A stretch of 64,000 nt of DNA, taken from a virus. The position numbers were made by a program, and so were the translations under genes. The DNA lies in IMG/VR virus record IMGVR_UViG_3300021093_000054, positions 1 to 64,000 of that record, one strand, 5' to 3'. Of the stretch, positions 19,865-28,874 are shown in pieces (position 1 is the stretch's first letter; every line of letters begins with the position of its first letter). Below the pieces are notes generated by a model that had not been told where the DNA came from, made no database searches, and was given only the letters and a program-made list of their open reading frames with translations.

Positions 19865-20274
19865 ATAATTTCTTTTTTAACTATTTTACCTTCAATAAAT
19901 CTTGACAGAACAAATGATTCAACCGATTTTTCAGAATTATTAAGTAATGCCATTTCCTGAAATAACTTTTCATAATCTTCTTCAGTTATTAAAGTGCCGC
20001 TCATTCTTCCTTTATCACCAACCATTTGTATTTTAAAAGAACCATATGGTTCTGGATGATGTTCTTCAACCATAATCAAATTATCAAATTCAGAACCTTT
20101 TGTTTCATCTAATTTAACTAACTTACCTTCATCATCTCTTTTATAGAAAGCACTTCTATGATACCCACAATCTGGACAAGATGAAAAAAATTCACCACTC
20201 TTATAATAATAATCTTCAAAACAATCCTGTGATTCACATCTAGGACAATCAACATAATTTATTACACTTCCCAT
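19861..20274 (-). CDS. Zn-ribbon protein
   Basis: CPRC...CPDC. Confidence 0.7.
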   Translation of the reverse strand: MGSVINYVDCPRCESQDCFEDYYYKSGEFFSSCPDCGYHRSAFYKRDDEGKLVKLDETKGSEFDNLIMVEEHHPEPYGSFKIQMVGDKGRMSGTLITEEDYEKLFQEMALLNNSEKSVESFVLSRFIEGKIVKKEII

Positions 20275-20280
20275 AATTTA

Positions 20281-20643
20281 TTATTTATCTGTATTATACA
20301 ATCCGTCTTTTTCGTCGTCTTTCATCATTTTAACTATCGCACCTTCTCTTTTGTATTTTCTCAAAAGATTGAAGATTTCCTTGATATCTGTAAATTCAGA
20401 TGGTGGCGAGTCATTTCTTCCTGGAAGAAACATCACAGTAAACCCATGGTTTGCTTGGAAATTTTCTTTAACTCTCATACCATTGATTTCACTAATATAA
20501 ACCCAAGGAAAGTTTCCTGATAGTTTTACATCTATTCCTATTTTTTTAAGCCTTTCAATAAACACTCCGAGTTTATCTGTACTTATTTGTGTGCTACTTT
20601 TTGTTTCCATTTTATATGTTCCAAATTTAGTTTTTACTTCCAT
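20281..20643 (-). CDS. Hypothetical protein
   Basis: ORF track; start moved to ATG 20643. Confidence 0.6.
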   Translation of the reverse strand: MEVKTKFGTYKMETKSSTQISTDKLGVFIERLKKIGIDVKLSGNFPWVYISEINGMRVKENFQANHGFTVMFLPGRNDSPPSEFTDIKEIFNLLRKYKREGAIVKMMKDDEKDGLYNTDK

Positions 20644-20800
20644 AACATTCAAGTTTTTTATCCGTTACATTCCACAAATCTTTTTTTCCTTCCGTCATAT
20701 GACAGTTGTGTTTCTTTCCGGTTCTTTTTCCGAACTCCACAATCATATCATTATGACGATTACGAATAAGATGAGGACATTCTTTGCAAGGTTTTTTCAT
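20627..20800 (-). CDS. Small Cys/His-rich protein (57 aa, not in ORF track)
   Basis: MKKPCKECPH...HNCHM...LECYG; TAACTTTG lies 4 nt upstream (20805-20812). Confidence 0.75.
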   Translation of the reverse strand: MKKPCKECPHLIRNRHNDMIVEFGKRTGKKHNCHMTEGKKDLWNVTDKKLECYGSKN

Positions 20801-20836
20801 GCTACAAAGTTAAGAAATGTTTTTTATTAAAACAAA

Positions 20837-21397
20837 TTATTTTTTGAAATTGTAAGATTTTTGAATTGGTCTTTTACCATATCTTTTTTCCATAAGTTTT
20901 TGGTGTAAATCCCAATTTAATATTGATTCGTTTGTTTGTTTCAGTTTTTTTGATACTTTTTTTGTTAATTCTTCGTTAAACTCTACCCCATGTCTATCAT
21001 AAAACTCATCAACCAATCTATCTGTTGACATATTGTTTTGTTTCAAAAGAATGTAAGCTCCAAGATCGGCTTCTATTTCATCTTTTTCAGAACGAGGACC
21101 GTTATGTTTCAATAATAAATGGGCAACCTCGTGTGCTTCAATAAATTTAAGGTCTTTCATATTCAGACCATCATTACCTAAAAAAATTTCCCCATCAATT
21201 ATTATTAAATTTTGTTCTGGAAAATAAAACCCATAACCATATTCATCGAAAAAATTTTTTAACTCTAAATAGTTTGTATTGTTTTCGAAAATAACTAAAA
21301 TATTAATGCCAGCTTTAAAATTACTTTCATAAGATATTAAATCTTTTTCCATTTCTTTTAATAACTTATACTGATTTTCAGTTATAATGATTTTCAT
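20837..21397 (-). CDS. HExxH metallopeptidase (ImmA/IrrE-like) with MKIIITENQY leader
   Basis: FIEAHEVAHLLL...EIEAD. Confidence 0.75.
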   Translation of the reverse strand: MKIIITENQYKLLKEMEKDLISYESNFKAGINILVIFENNTNYLELKNFFDEYGYGFYFPEQNLIIIDGEIFLGNDGLNMKDLKFIEAHEVAHLLLKHNGPRSEKDEIEADLGAYILLKQNNMSTDRLVDEFYDRHGVEFNEELTKKVSKKLKQTNESILNWDLHQKLMEKRYGKRPIQKSYNFKK

Positions 21398-21423
21398 ACA
21401 TATAAATATATTGGTGTTGTGAT

Positions 21424-22077
21424 TTAACCCACAACACCAACTAAATCATCTAGGTGATGATCTCCGGACATATCAGACCCAATCGGTCTTTTATCCATAA
21501 TTTTGATTATTTCATCAATACTATATGGGTCCAACCCATTTCCATCAACACCAACATCCATTCTTTTACCATTACCAAATTTAGCTTCCCTACCAAGATG
21601 TACATGCCCGTGTAGATGGATTACACCTTTATTTAGACCGTGCCAACTTTGTAGTGGATAATGACATAAAACAAAGTTTCTGTCATTTATTTTAACTTCC
21701 AAGTAGTGGTTTACACTTAAAAATCTATTTCGAATGTCGTCTCTGTTGTTGACTATGTGCTGGTCGTGATTTCCAAGTATTAAGTGAATGTTTTGACAAA
21801 CCAATCTATCAAGGAATAAACCAATATTATCAAAACCACCAAATGAAACATCACCTAACATTATTAATGTATCATCTTGACCGACATAATGATTTATACC
21901 ATCAATAAGCCTTTCATTCATTTGGTCTATTGTTTCAAAATCCCTAACCGAATCAACTGGTATTTCACCATCTTTTTTTCTCCAGTTTGTCACACCACGA
22001 ACAATATTTTTGTGTCCGTAGTGTGTGTCTGAAGTTATATATACTTTTCCTGTTGTTAATATTTTTTTAAAACTCAT
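21424..22077 (-). CDS. Calcineurin-like metallophosphoesterase
   Basis: SDTHYGH, LGDV, GNHD, HYP, HGHVH, DVGVD. Confidence 0.9.
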   Translation of the reverse strand: MSFKKILTTGKVYITSDTHYGHKNIVRGVTNWRKKDGEIPVDSVRDFETIDQMNERLIDGINHYVGQDDTLIMLGDVSFGGFDNIGLFLDRLVCQNIHLILGNHDQHIVNNRDDIRNRFLSVNHYLEVKINDRNFVLCHYPLQSWHGLNKGVIHLHGHVHLGREAKFGNGKRMDVGVDGNGLDPYSIDEIIKIMDKRPIGSDMSGDHHLDDLVGVVG

Positions 22078-22088
22078 AATTTTTATTT

Positions 22089-23045
22089 TTAAGGTAAATC
22101 ATCTAAATAATCTATATTATAATTTACATCTGGTCTACTACTAACTGTTTGGTTTTGTTCAGAACCAATTAATCTTTTAATTCTTTCAATCATATCATTT
22201 GAAAACATAGCCCTTATTGAATCGTTATTTGTTGGATTAATTATAGCTTCAGTATTTGTGGAACTCCAAATTCTAAGTGTTTCTTGTACAATATCATTAG
22301 CCGTTCTGGGTTCCGAATAATCAGATATTCTTCTTCTAATTGTTGATACATCATCCCCCCAACCAATTAAATCGCCGGTTGTTTTATTTTCTTGCAATTC
22401 TTTTCTAATTTTTAAAAACAATTCATCCGGAATAAAGTTAATAAACATTGGATCAACTTCTTTATCTAATTGATCCCAAGCCTGGAACTTTTCTTTTGAA
22501 AATTCCCTTGAGAAGGCAATTTTTGTATCCGTTTTTTTATTTAAAACATAAACCAATCTATGTGTTGATAAATATTGATTCCAATACCTTTCTTGTGTTA
22601 CACACCACTTTGTATTTGCTCCATACACTTGTGATGCTTCAAAACTTAATGGTGTTAAAATAAACCAGGTGTCATCTTCATAAATCTTTAAAATTTCTTT
22701 TTCAAGTTTTTTTCTATTTTCAATTTCTTCGGCTAACACAACAACTTCATTTAATTCTAAAAAATTAGTGTAATGGCTAATATCTTTATTTTTAATCCTA
22801 TTTGCTTTTGAATGTCTTTCAAATTCATTTAGAGTTTCAATTTCACCAGAACCAAATAAAAATACACCCATATAACCCATAAATTCATCTTTATTAGAAC
22901 TGTAATAGTCACTATCATTTTTAAAATTTTTAATTAAAAATTCTGTGTACTTATACGAATCCGTTGGGTCCAGAAAAGATATAATATCAATTAAAGATAT
23001 ATTCAGATCCGGATGTTGTTCTTTTAATCTATCTAATCTACTCAT
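22089..23045 (-). CDS. Hypothetical protein with AS..YG..TKWC domain (paralog 2)
   Basis: LTPLSFEASQVYGANTKWCVT. Confidence 0.7.
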   Translation of the reverse strand: MSRLDRLKEQHPDLNISLIDIISFLDPTDSYKYTEFLIKNFKNDSDYYSSNKDEFMGYMGVFLFGSGEIETLNEFERHSKANRIKNKDISHYTNFLELNEVVVLAEEIENRKKLEKEILKIYEDDTWFILTPLSFEASQVYGANTKWCVTQERYWNQYLSTHRLVYVLNKKTDTKIAFSREFSKEKFQAWDQLDKEVDPMFINFIPDELFLKIRKELQENKTTGDLIGWGDDVSTIRRRISDYSEPRTANDIVQETLRIWSSTNTEAIINPTNNDSIRAMFSNDMIERIKRLIGSEQNQTVSSRPDVNYNIDYLDDLP

Positions 23046-23431
23046 AACTTTATACTGAATCTGTTTTTCATTTGTTCTATTTTATCTTCTGGAACTCCGT
23101 GTTGGTTTTTTCCTTCGTGACGATTTTCAATTATTATTGAAAACACTTTATAACCAAATTCTTTTGCTAATTCAAAATAAGGTTCCATTTCCCATTCTGT
23201 TGTAAAGGTATTTGAAACAACAATTTTTTCAACATCGGCTTTCATATCTGTTTTTACTTTATGTTGACACCAATTATGTGCATTGCCAATTCTATTTGAA
23301 TCAAAGTTGTAGTTACTATCTTCATCCAAAAAGAACATGTCAGCTTCGTAATGATTATCAGATAAAGTTTTAGCAAATGTTGATTTACCACTTCCTGGTA
23401 TTCCTCTTACAATATATAATATTTTTTCCAT
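23042..23431 (-). CDS. P-loop kinase (polynucleotide kinase-like, AAA_33)
   Basis: RGIPGSGKST, AHNWCQ, VSNTFT, HGVP. Confidence 0.85.
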   Translation of the reverse strand: MEKILYIVRGIPGSGKSTFAKTLSDNHYEADMFFLDEDSNYNFDSNRIGNAHNWCQHKVKTDMKADVEKIVVSNTFTTEWEMEPYFELAKEFGYKVFSIIIENRHEGKNQHGVPEDKIEQMKNRFSIKL

Positions 23432-23435
23432 AGTT

Positions 23436-23648
23436 TTAAGCTTTAATCCAACTTGATTTATTTTCTGGATTTACCTTAATTAAACCCTTTTCAATTAAAT
23501 CATATGCAATACCCCAAGATTTATACGCGATGATTTTGTCTTGTCCTTTTTTATTTTTAGTCTTAAGAAATATATAATCAAAATTCCAAACTAAACCTTC
23601 TTTTTCAAGTTTGTCTAAAAATAATTGTTCTCTCTTGTTAACTTTCAT
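23436..23648 (-). CDS. Hypothetical protein
   Basis: TATCTTTG-TATT-ATG promoter at 23653-23660. Confidence 0.65.
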   Translation of the reverse strand: MKVNKREQLFLDKLEKEGLVWNFDYIFLKTKNKKGQDKIIAYKSWGIAYDLIEKGLIKVNPENKSSWIKA

Positions 23649-23695
23649 AATACAAAGATATAAATTTTTTTTTTATCTTACAAGTATTTATTAAT

Positions 23696-24706
23696 ATGAA
23701 AATTATAATTTCTGAATCACAATATAATAAATTATATTCTTATAATAATCCAGGTGTCAATTTAATTATTAATGAAGTTGCCGGTAAAAAACTTACACCA
23801 TTAAGTGAAGGTTGGTTAAATACTCTGGCCGACATTGTTGGTATTTTTGACCCAACAGGACTTGTTGATATTGGAAATGCCGTTTCATACTGGCACCAAG
23901 GAAAAAATACATTTGCCTTATTAACGTTAGTTTCTGCAATACCTGGTATTGACTGGGCAACAAAACCTTTTATTTTGGGTAGTAAAATTGTTGCTGGTGC
24001 ATCTGAAACAAAAATACTTGGTTGGTTAGTAAGAACACTTAACAAATGGATTGGTAAAGTTTTAGACAAAATAGATAAGATGTTACTTTCTAAAATACCA
24101 ATTGTTAAAAACTTTGCAGATGCTATGAGATCATTTATAAATGGTCTTAAAAAAGATTCAGAAATGAAATTAAACGAATCCAAACTTTATAAGATATTAA
24201 CTGAAGATGTTGATTTTGATAAGGCTTATCGTGAATTTTTCCCAAAAATTTATAAATCAGTATGTTTAAAATATGCAAAAGGTGATGGTGAAAAAGCTCA
24301 AGACTTTTGTCAAGATGGGTTTATAAAGGCTTACAATAAATTAAGTCAGTTTAGAGGTGATAATTTAGGTGGTTGGATTGCGATGATTGTAAGAAACAAT
24401 ATTCTTGATGAATTAAGAAAAGAAAAAGGTTCAAAAATTCAAGATTTTGATTTTGGTAGATATGATGCAAAACAAGAAGAATATGATGATTCATTTATGG
24501 GTAGATATAGTGAACAAGATATTCAAGATGCAATAAATACATTATCACCACAATTTCAAAAGGTTTTCAGAATGTATTATTTTGATGGAATGAAACACCA
24601 CGAAATTGCAAAAAAATTAGGTATTTCCGATAGTACATCAAAAACAAACTTACTTAGAGGAAAAGTAAAAGTTAAAGATTTCTTAGAAAATTTAAAGGAG
24701 GCATAA
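23696..24706 (+). CDS. ECF sigma factor fused C-terminally to a leader and a hydrophobic DPTG-containing domain
   Basis: Sigma2 AQDFCQDGFIKAY..GWIAMIVRNNILDELRK; sigma4 LSPQFQKVF..YYFDGMKHHEIAKKLGIS. Confidence 0.85.
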   Translation: MKIIISESQYNKLYSYNNPGVNLIINEVAGKKLTPLSEGWLNTLADIVGIFDPTGLVDIGNAVSYWHQGKNTFALLTLVSAIPGIDWATKPFILGSKIVAGASETKILGWLVRTLNKWIGKVLDKIDKMLLSKIPIVKNFADAMRSFINGLKKDSEMKLNESKLYKILTEDVDFDKAYREFFPKIYKSVCLKYAKGDGEKAQDFCQDGFIKAYNKLSQFRGDNLGGWIAMIVRNNILDELRKEKGSKIQDFDFGRYDAKQEEYDDSFMGRYSEQDIQDAINTLSPQFQKVFRMYYFDGMKHHEIAKKLGISDSTSKTNLLRGKVKVKDFLENLKEA

Positions 24707-24776
24707 GCCCCCTTCAAAATTGGGTCGACATTGAATGTCAACTCTCCACCACCTTGTTTCATTAAACAAGGAAAAA

Positions 24777-25217
24777 TCATTGCCTTATCATCCAGAAGTA
24801 ATAGTTGGTACCATTACCGGATCCCATTGTTATATCTGTAAATTTTAATCCATTCATAAAACCCATATTCAAATTACCTTGATATATTGTTCCACTTAAA
24901 TTACCAAAAGGTGTAAAGTTTAATGTCAAATTATAAGCCGAAGCTGTTGGGTAAAAGGAATACAGACTTTCTATTCCATTATAAGTATATGTGTTTAAAT
25001 CTAAAAAAACAATGGTGTCATTCAAAGGAATTAGATTTCCAAATTCACCAACCCTATATTGATTTATAACCCAAACTTGTCCAACCAAATTATATGCCGT
25101 ATCGATTTGTGTTGAATCCGTAACTATTGGTTCTGGTGGATTTGGTGGTCCAAAATTTTCCTTATGACAGGATGTTAAACCTAACACAATAAATAAACTA
25201 ATTAAAAAGTATTTCAT
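24777..25217 (-). CDS. Putative lipoprotein
   Basis: Signal peptide with LTSC lipobox. Confidence 0.7.
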   Translation of the reverse strand: MKYFLISLFIVLGLTSCHKENFGPPNPPEPIVTDSTQIDTAYNLVGQVWVINQYRVGEFGNLIPLNDTIVFLDLNTYTYNGIESLYSFYPTASAYNLTLNFTPFGNLSGTIYQGNLNMGFMNGLKFTDITMGSGNGTNYYFWMIRQ

Positions 25218-25218
25218 A

Positions 25219-25494
25219 TTATCTTGTTACTAATGCTTCAATTTTACTTTTAACTTGGTCTGTAATTGTAAATTCTTTAACAGATGTAATTACAACAGAC
25301 TCATTCAATACTTTAGACGGAATGTGAACCAAAAAGGTATCACCATCAAAAAATGATAAATTGTTTTCCAATTCAATGCAACCGTGAACCATCTTCAAAA
25401 ACAATTTGAACTGAATTTGATCCATAAATGTTTCATTTACCAATTCACCCATCTTTTCGTGTGTGATTCTAATATTGTATCCTTGTTTATTCAT
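25219..25494 (-). CDS. Hypothetical protein
   Basis: TATCTTTG-TCTT-ATG promoter at 25499-25506. Confidence 0.7.
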   Translation of the reverse strand: MNKQGYNIRITHEKMGELVNETFMDQIQFKLFLKMVHGCIELENNLSFFDGDTFLVHIPSKVLNESVVITSVKEFTITDQVKSKIEALVTR

Positions 25495-25527
25495 AAGACA
25501 AAGATATAAATAAAAATCAATTAAAAC

Positions 25528-25566
25528 AAAAAACCCACAAATATTTTTTTACAAACTTTGTGGGTC
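25528..25566 (-). terminator. Intrinsic terminator
   Basis: ACCCACAAA/TTTGTGGGT stem plus U-run. Confidence 0.65.
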
Positions 25567-25653
25567 TTTAAACTAAACCATTATTTTTTTAGAAGAAGGT
25601 GGATTAGGTTTTTTTGTAAAGATAAATATATAGGAGTTTTCAAAAAAATCAAA

Positions 25654-26073
25654 TTATTTTAAAACTTTTTGTATTAATTTCAATAATTGTTTGTTTTCTT
25701 TTGAAATATCAATATTTTTTTCAGAAAAATACTGACACTTAGTATGTTCGTGACCATCTTTTGCTCTTTCTAAATTTGGTAAAACTTTTTTTTTAGATTC
25801 AAATGAAAAAACATACATCATACCTTTTTTTGTTGTTCCATCATTTTTATATCTATTGATAAAACCAACTAAATCAATTTTATTTGGTAGTTTAATATTT
25901 GTTTCTTCTTTGTATTCTCTGATTGCTGCTTCCGTTGGTGATTCCTTACCTTCTATATGTCCTGAAGGTATTGACCATTGATTTGGTAATGATTCTTCTG
26001 GACTTCTTTTACAAAGTAGGACTTCATCATTGTGTTTTAAAATAACACCGGCATATCTTTTAAATTCATTCAT
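25654..26073 (-). CDS. NUDIX hydrolase
   Basis: Nudix box GHIEGKESPTEAAIREYKEETNI. Confidence 0.9.
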   Translation of the reverse strand: MNEFKRYAGVILKHNDEVLLCKRSPEESLPNQWSIPSGHIEGKESPTEAAIREYKEETNIKLPNKIDLVGFINRYKNDGTTKKGMMYVFSFESKKKVLPNLERAKDGHEHTKCQYFSEKNIDISKENKQLLKLIQKVLK

Positions 26074-26079
26074 GATACT

Positions 26080-26093
26080 ATATTTATAAATAT
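26080..26093. promoter_or_regulatory. Palindromic ATATTTATAAATAT carrying a TATTTAT motif on both strands between divergent genes
   Basis: Perfect 14-bp palindrome; only 18 bp separate the divergent start codons. Confidence 0.55.
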
Positions 26094-26442
26094 GAATGAA
26101 GTAAAAATAAATAATAACCTATTCAATGTTATCACAGTTTTAACTGATAGAGACATTCAGAATGGTATGATGGGTAAAAAATTTAATGATAAATTTAATG
26201 GAATGTTATTTGTTATGGAATCAGGTCAACATTCTTTCTGGATGAAAAACTGTGAAACGTCACTTGATATTATTTTTATAAAAGATATGAAAGTTTCTAA
26301 AATACACAAAAACTGTTTACCTTGTAGGGAACAAAAATGTCCAACATATCCAGGTGAAGGTGACTTAATATTGGAAATTGCTGGTGGTGATTGTGATAAG
26401 TACGATATAAAAGAAGGTGATTCTGTATATATTGAAGCTTAG
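26092..26442 (+). CDS. DUF192 family protein
   Basis: GMLF....FWMKN...LDIIFI...LEIAGG. Confidence 0.85.
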   Translation: MNEVKINNNLFNVITVLTDRDIQNGMMGKKFNDKFNGMLFVMESGQHSFWMKNCETSLDIIFIKDMKVSKIHKNCLPCREQKCPTYPGEGDLILEIAGGDCDKYDIKEGDSVYIEA

Positions 26443-27086
26443 TTTTTAATATGAATTATATTGTCAAGTATATTTGGATTTATTAATAATTCATTTGGTG
26501 TTGTTTTTATCATAAGAGCCTTACCACTTTTTGATTTAGAAGATTTTATATTGGAAAAATCTAAAATTTCAACTTGGAATCTAGTTATTGAAGTGTATGT
26601 ACCATTTTTTAGTTTTTCACCATAAATTGAATTAAATTCTTTTAAATAGAAAATTGTGTATTCTGGAATTTTCTTTGAAAATTCAATTCCATCGTACGTA
26701 ACCCAGTTTTCTGAATTTTTAGTATTACTATATTCTTGAAAGGAATTTTCAATAGCAATTTTTAATTTACTTAAATTTTCAAAATCGCATTCAAATTTTA
26801 TTATGTAATCTGTATAATTTTCAGATATAATGACATTTGAAATTCCGTCTTGTTTGATTAAATTTTTTTTAAAATTAAATATTTTTTGTTTTATTTCTGG
26901 TAGTTTTAAATTTTTCTTACCATTTATACTATCTAATAACAATATGGATGATACATTTGTCTTACTTTGACTCAAGTTTATAACATATTTAAACTTTCCG
27001 CTACCATCGTTGTTTAATTGTATTTCATCTATAAGTTCGACACAAGATGTCAATAAAAAAAGTAATATGAAAAAAAAATATTTCAT
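26439..27086 (-). CDS. Putative lipoprotein
   Basis: LTSC lipobox then E.I.LNNDGSG. Confidence 0.7.
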   Translation of the reverse strand: MKYFFFILLFLLTSCVELIDEIQLNNDGSGKFKYVINLSQSKTNVSSILLLDSINGKKNLKLPEIKQKIFNFKKNLIKQDGISNVIISENYTDYIIKFECDFENLSKLKIAIENSFQEYSNTKNSENWVTYDGIEFSKKIPEYTIFYLKEFNSIYGEKLKNGTYTSITRFQVEILDFSNIKSSKSKSGKALMIKTTPNELLINPNILDNIIHIKN

Positions 27087-27922
27087 TAATTTTCTAACTT
27101 ACTAATATGATTTTGTAGGTACCACATTGCTTTTTTCAAATCTTCCAGCTCTTTACTTGGGTCCTTTTTACCGGCTCTTGAAATATATTTAACGGTATTA
27201 CCAAGTGCAAAACCCAAATTCCAGGCATCAATAACTTTAATTGTTTCATATGGATTTTCTTCTCCACCGTAATGTAATGGGTGGTCAACAACTTCATATG
27301 GTCTCAAAATATCTTTAAGTGTATATATGTTTGGTTGTTTTCTTTCACCCCAAAATGCACCATCAATATAATATGTTTCAAAACTTGACCAATTAAGTGA
27401 ATCAACACCATTGTCAACATCTGGAATATTAATATTTGATGATTTATAATCATCAATATAAACAACACCACCTGGTTTTAGTCTTGGTAATGTGTTTTGT
27501 ACGTCTTGGACCAAACAATCAAATGTATGACAACCATCTATTTCTATAAAATCAAATAACAAATCGTTTGATTGTATAAACTTAGGTACTGTTTCTAGTG
27601 AGGATCCAGGAACTAAGTTTAGATAGATTTCGTGTTTTTTTGCTTCTTCTGCCAAAATTTCAAAGTTAGGTACCGTACATTCGTGTTCACACAAATCAAA
27701 TACGTGAATAGAAACTGGGTTATTAGGATATTGACCAGAGTTTTTCATAGATGCAATCACATCACAAATTAGTAATGCTGAATGACCCATATTAAATCCA
27801 ATTTGGATTAATGATTCTGGTTTATAATTTGAAATTAAATCACTTAAAGTTTTTTGTCTTTCTGGAAACCAACTAATGTTTCCTTCTTGACAATCATTTC
27901 TCATTCCTTCTAATAATTCCAT
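27086..27922 (-). CDS. Class I SAM methyltransferase fused to a DUF3310 domain
   Basis: QIGFNMGHS, FDFIEIDGCH, LKPGGVVYIDD; C-terminal VDHPLHY...GNTVKYISRAGKK..EDLKKAMWYL. Confidence 0.8.
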   Translation of the reverse strand: MELLEGMRNDCQEGNISWFPERQKTLSDLISNYKPESLIQIGFNMGHSALLICDVIASMKNSGQYPNNPVSIHVFDLCEHECTVPNFEILAEEAKKHEIYLNLVPGSSLETVPKFIQSNDLLFDFIEIDGCHTFDCLVQDVQNTLPRLKPGGVVYIDDYKSSNINIPDVDNGVDSLNWSSFETYYIDGAFWGERKQPNIYTLKDILRPYEVVDHPLHYGGEENPYETIKVIDAWNLGFALGNTVKYISRAGKKDPSKELEDLKKAMWYLQNHISKLEN

Positions 27923-27928
27923 TATTTT

Positions 27929-28057
27929 TTAATATTTTCTTTTTTTATTTTCTATTTGAATTTTACTACTAAAATTTCTGATTTTCTTACCCAAATCCAT
28001 ATCATTGGGTGTTTCTTCAATCAATTCTTTGATTTTTTCTACTGGGATTGTTGCCAT
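27929..28057 (-). CDS. Small protein (42 aa, not in ORF track)
   Basis: MATIPVEKIKELIEETPNDMDLGKKIR... Confidence 0.55.
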   Translation of the reverse strand: MATIPVEKIKELIEETPNDMDLGKKIRNFSSKIQIENKKRKY

Positions 28058-28059
28058 AG

Positions 28060-28836
28060 TTATACGTTTAATTCTTGTTTGGATTTTTTATAATTTTCAA
28101 TCATTTGTTTTTGTCCAACATAAGCAATCAACTTTCTTTTAAACATTGGTAGTAGTGTTTCATTTATTGGAAAATCACCCCTACTTATCATTTCAATTAC
28201 AGGGAGTTTCTTTTTATCTTCTGTTGTCCACTGACTAAAACTATCAATAATCTTTGGGATTGTCAAACTTTTTTTGTCTCCTGAATATATTAAATTAGTA
28301 ACAACTTTACTTTCTGGCGACCCCTTTGCTGCTGGTTTTTTTTCATATTCCCAGATGTTTATTACATTACCAATTGTAAAATAAAAATAACCTTTATTTT
28401 CTAAAATATTTTTATTGTTCTTTTTTACTTTGAGATGAATACTATCATATACAAGTTCCCAAACTGATTTTGCCATTCCAAAATATTCGTAAATTCTTGG
28501 TGCCGAATAAGATAGAATCTTTATAAATTCTTCATATTCATCTTTGGACATTACTGGAACGTCTTTGATTTTTAAATCCTTTACAAGTAATTCATCATCA
28601 ACTGTTTGGAATTTCTTATTTGTATATAGGAGTTTTTTATCTTTTACTAATGTTTGGACATTTGCTAAATGTAATGATAGTTCAATAAAACCTGGATATA
28701 ATTCCATATTATCGAGTTTTTCACCCATTTTTTGAAAGTACGATAAAAGTTTGTATTCTTTGTGTTCTCTGTCAATTGGTTTTTCAAACATCCAGTCGGT
28801 GTTCATTAAAAATTCTATTTTCTTTTTTCTTGCCAT
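28060..28836 (-). CDS. Conserved hypothetical protein
   Basis: ORF track; W.....ID.E.K.Y.LL.Y motif. Confidence 0.7.
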   Translation of the reverse strand: MARKKKIEFLMNTDWMFEKPIDREHKEYKLLSYFQKMGEKLDNMELYPGFIELSLHLANVQTLVKDKKLLYTNKKFQTVDDELLVKDLKIKDVPVMSKDEYEEFIKILSYSAPRIYEYFGMAKSVWELVYDSIHLKVKKNNKNILENKGYFYFTIGNVINIWEYEKKPAAKGSPESKVVTNLIYSGDKKSLTIPKIIDSFSQWTTEDKKKLPVIEMISRGDFPINETLLPMFKRKLIAYVGQKQMIENYKKSKQELNV

Positions 28837-28874
28837 CTGACATAATAATAATCATTTAATATAACCTGTAAATA

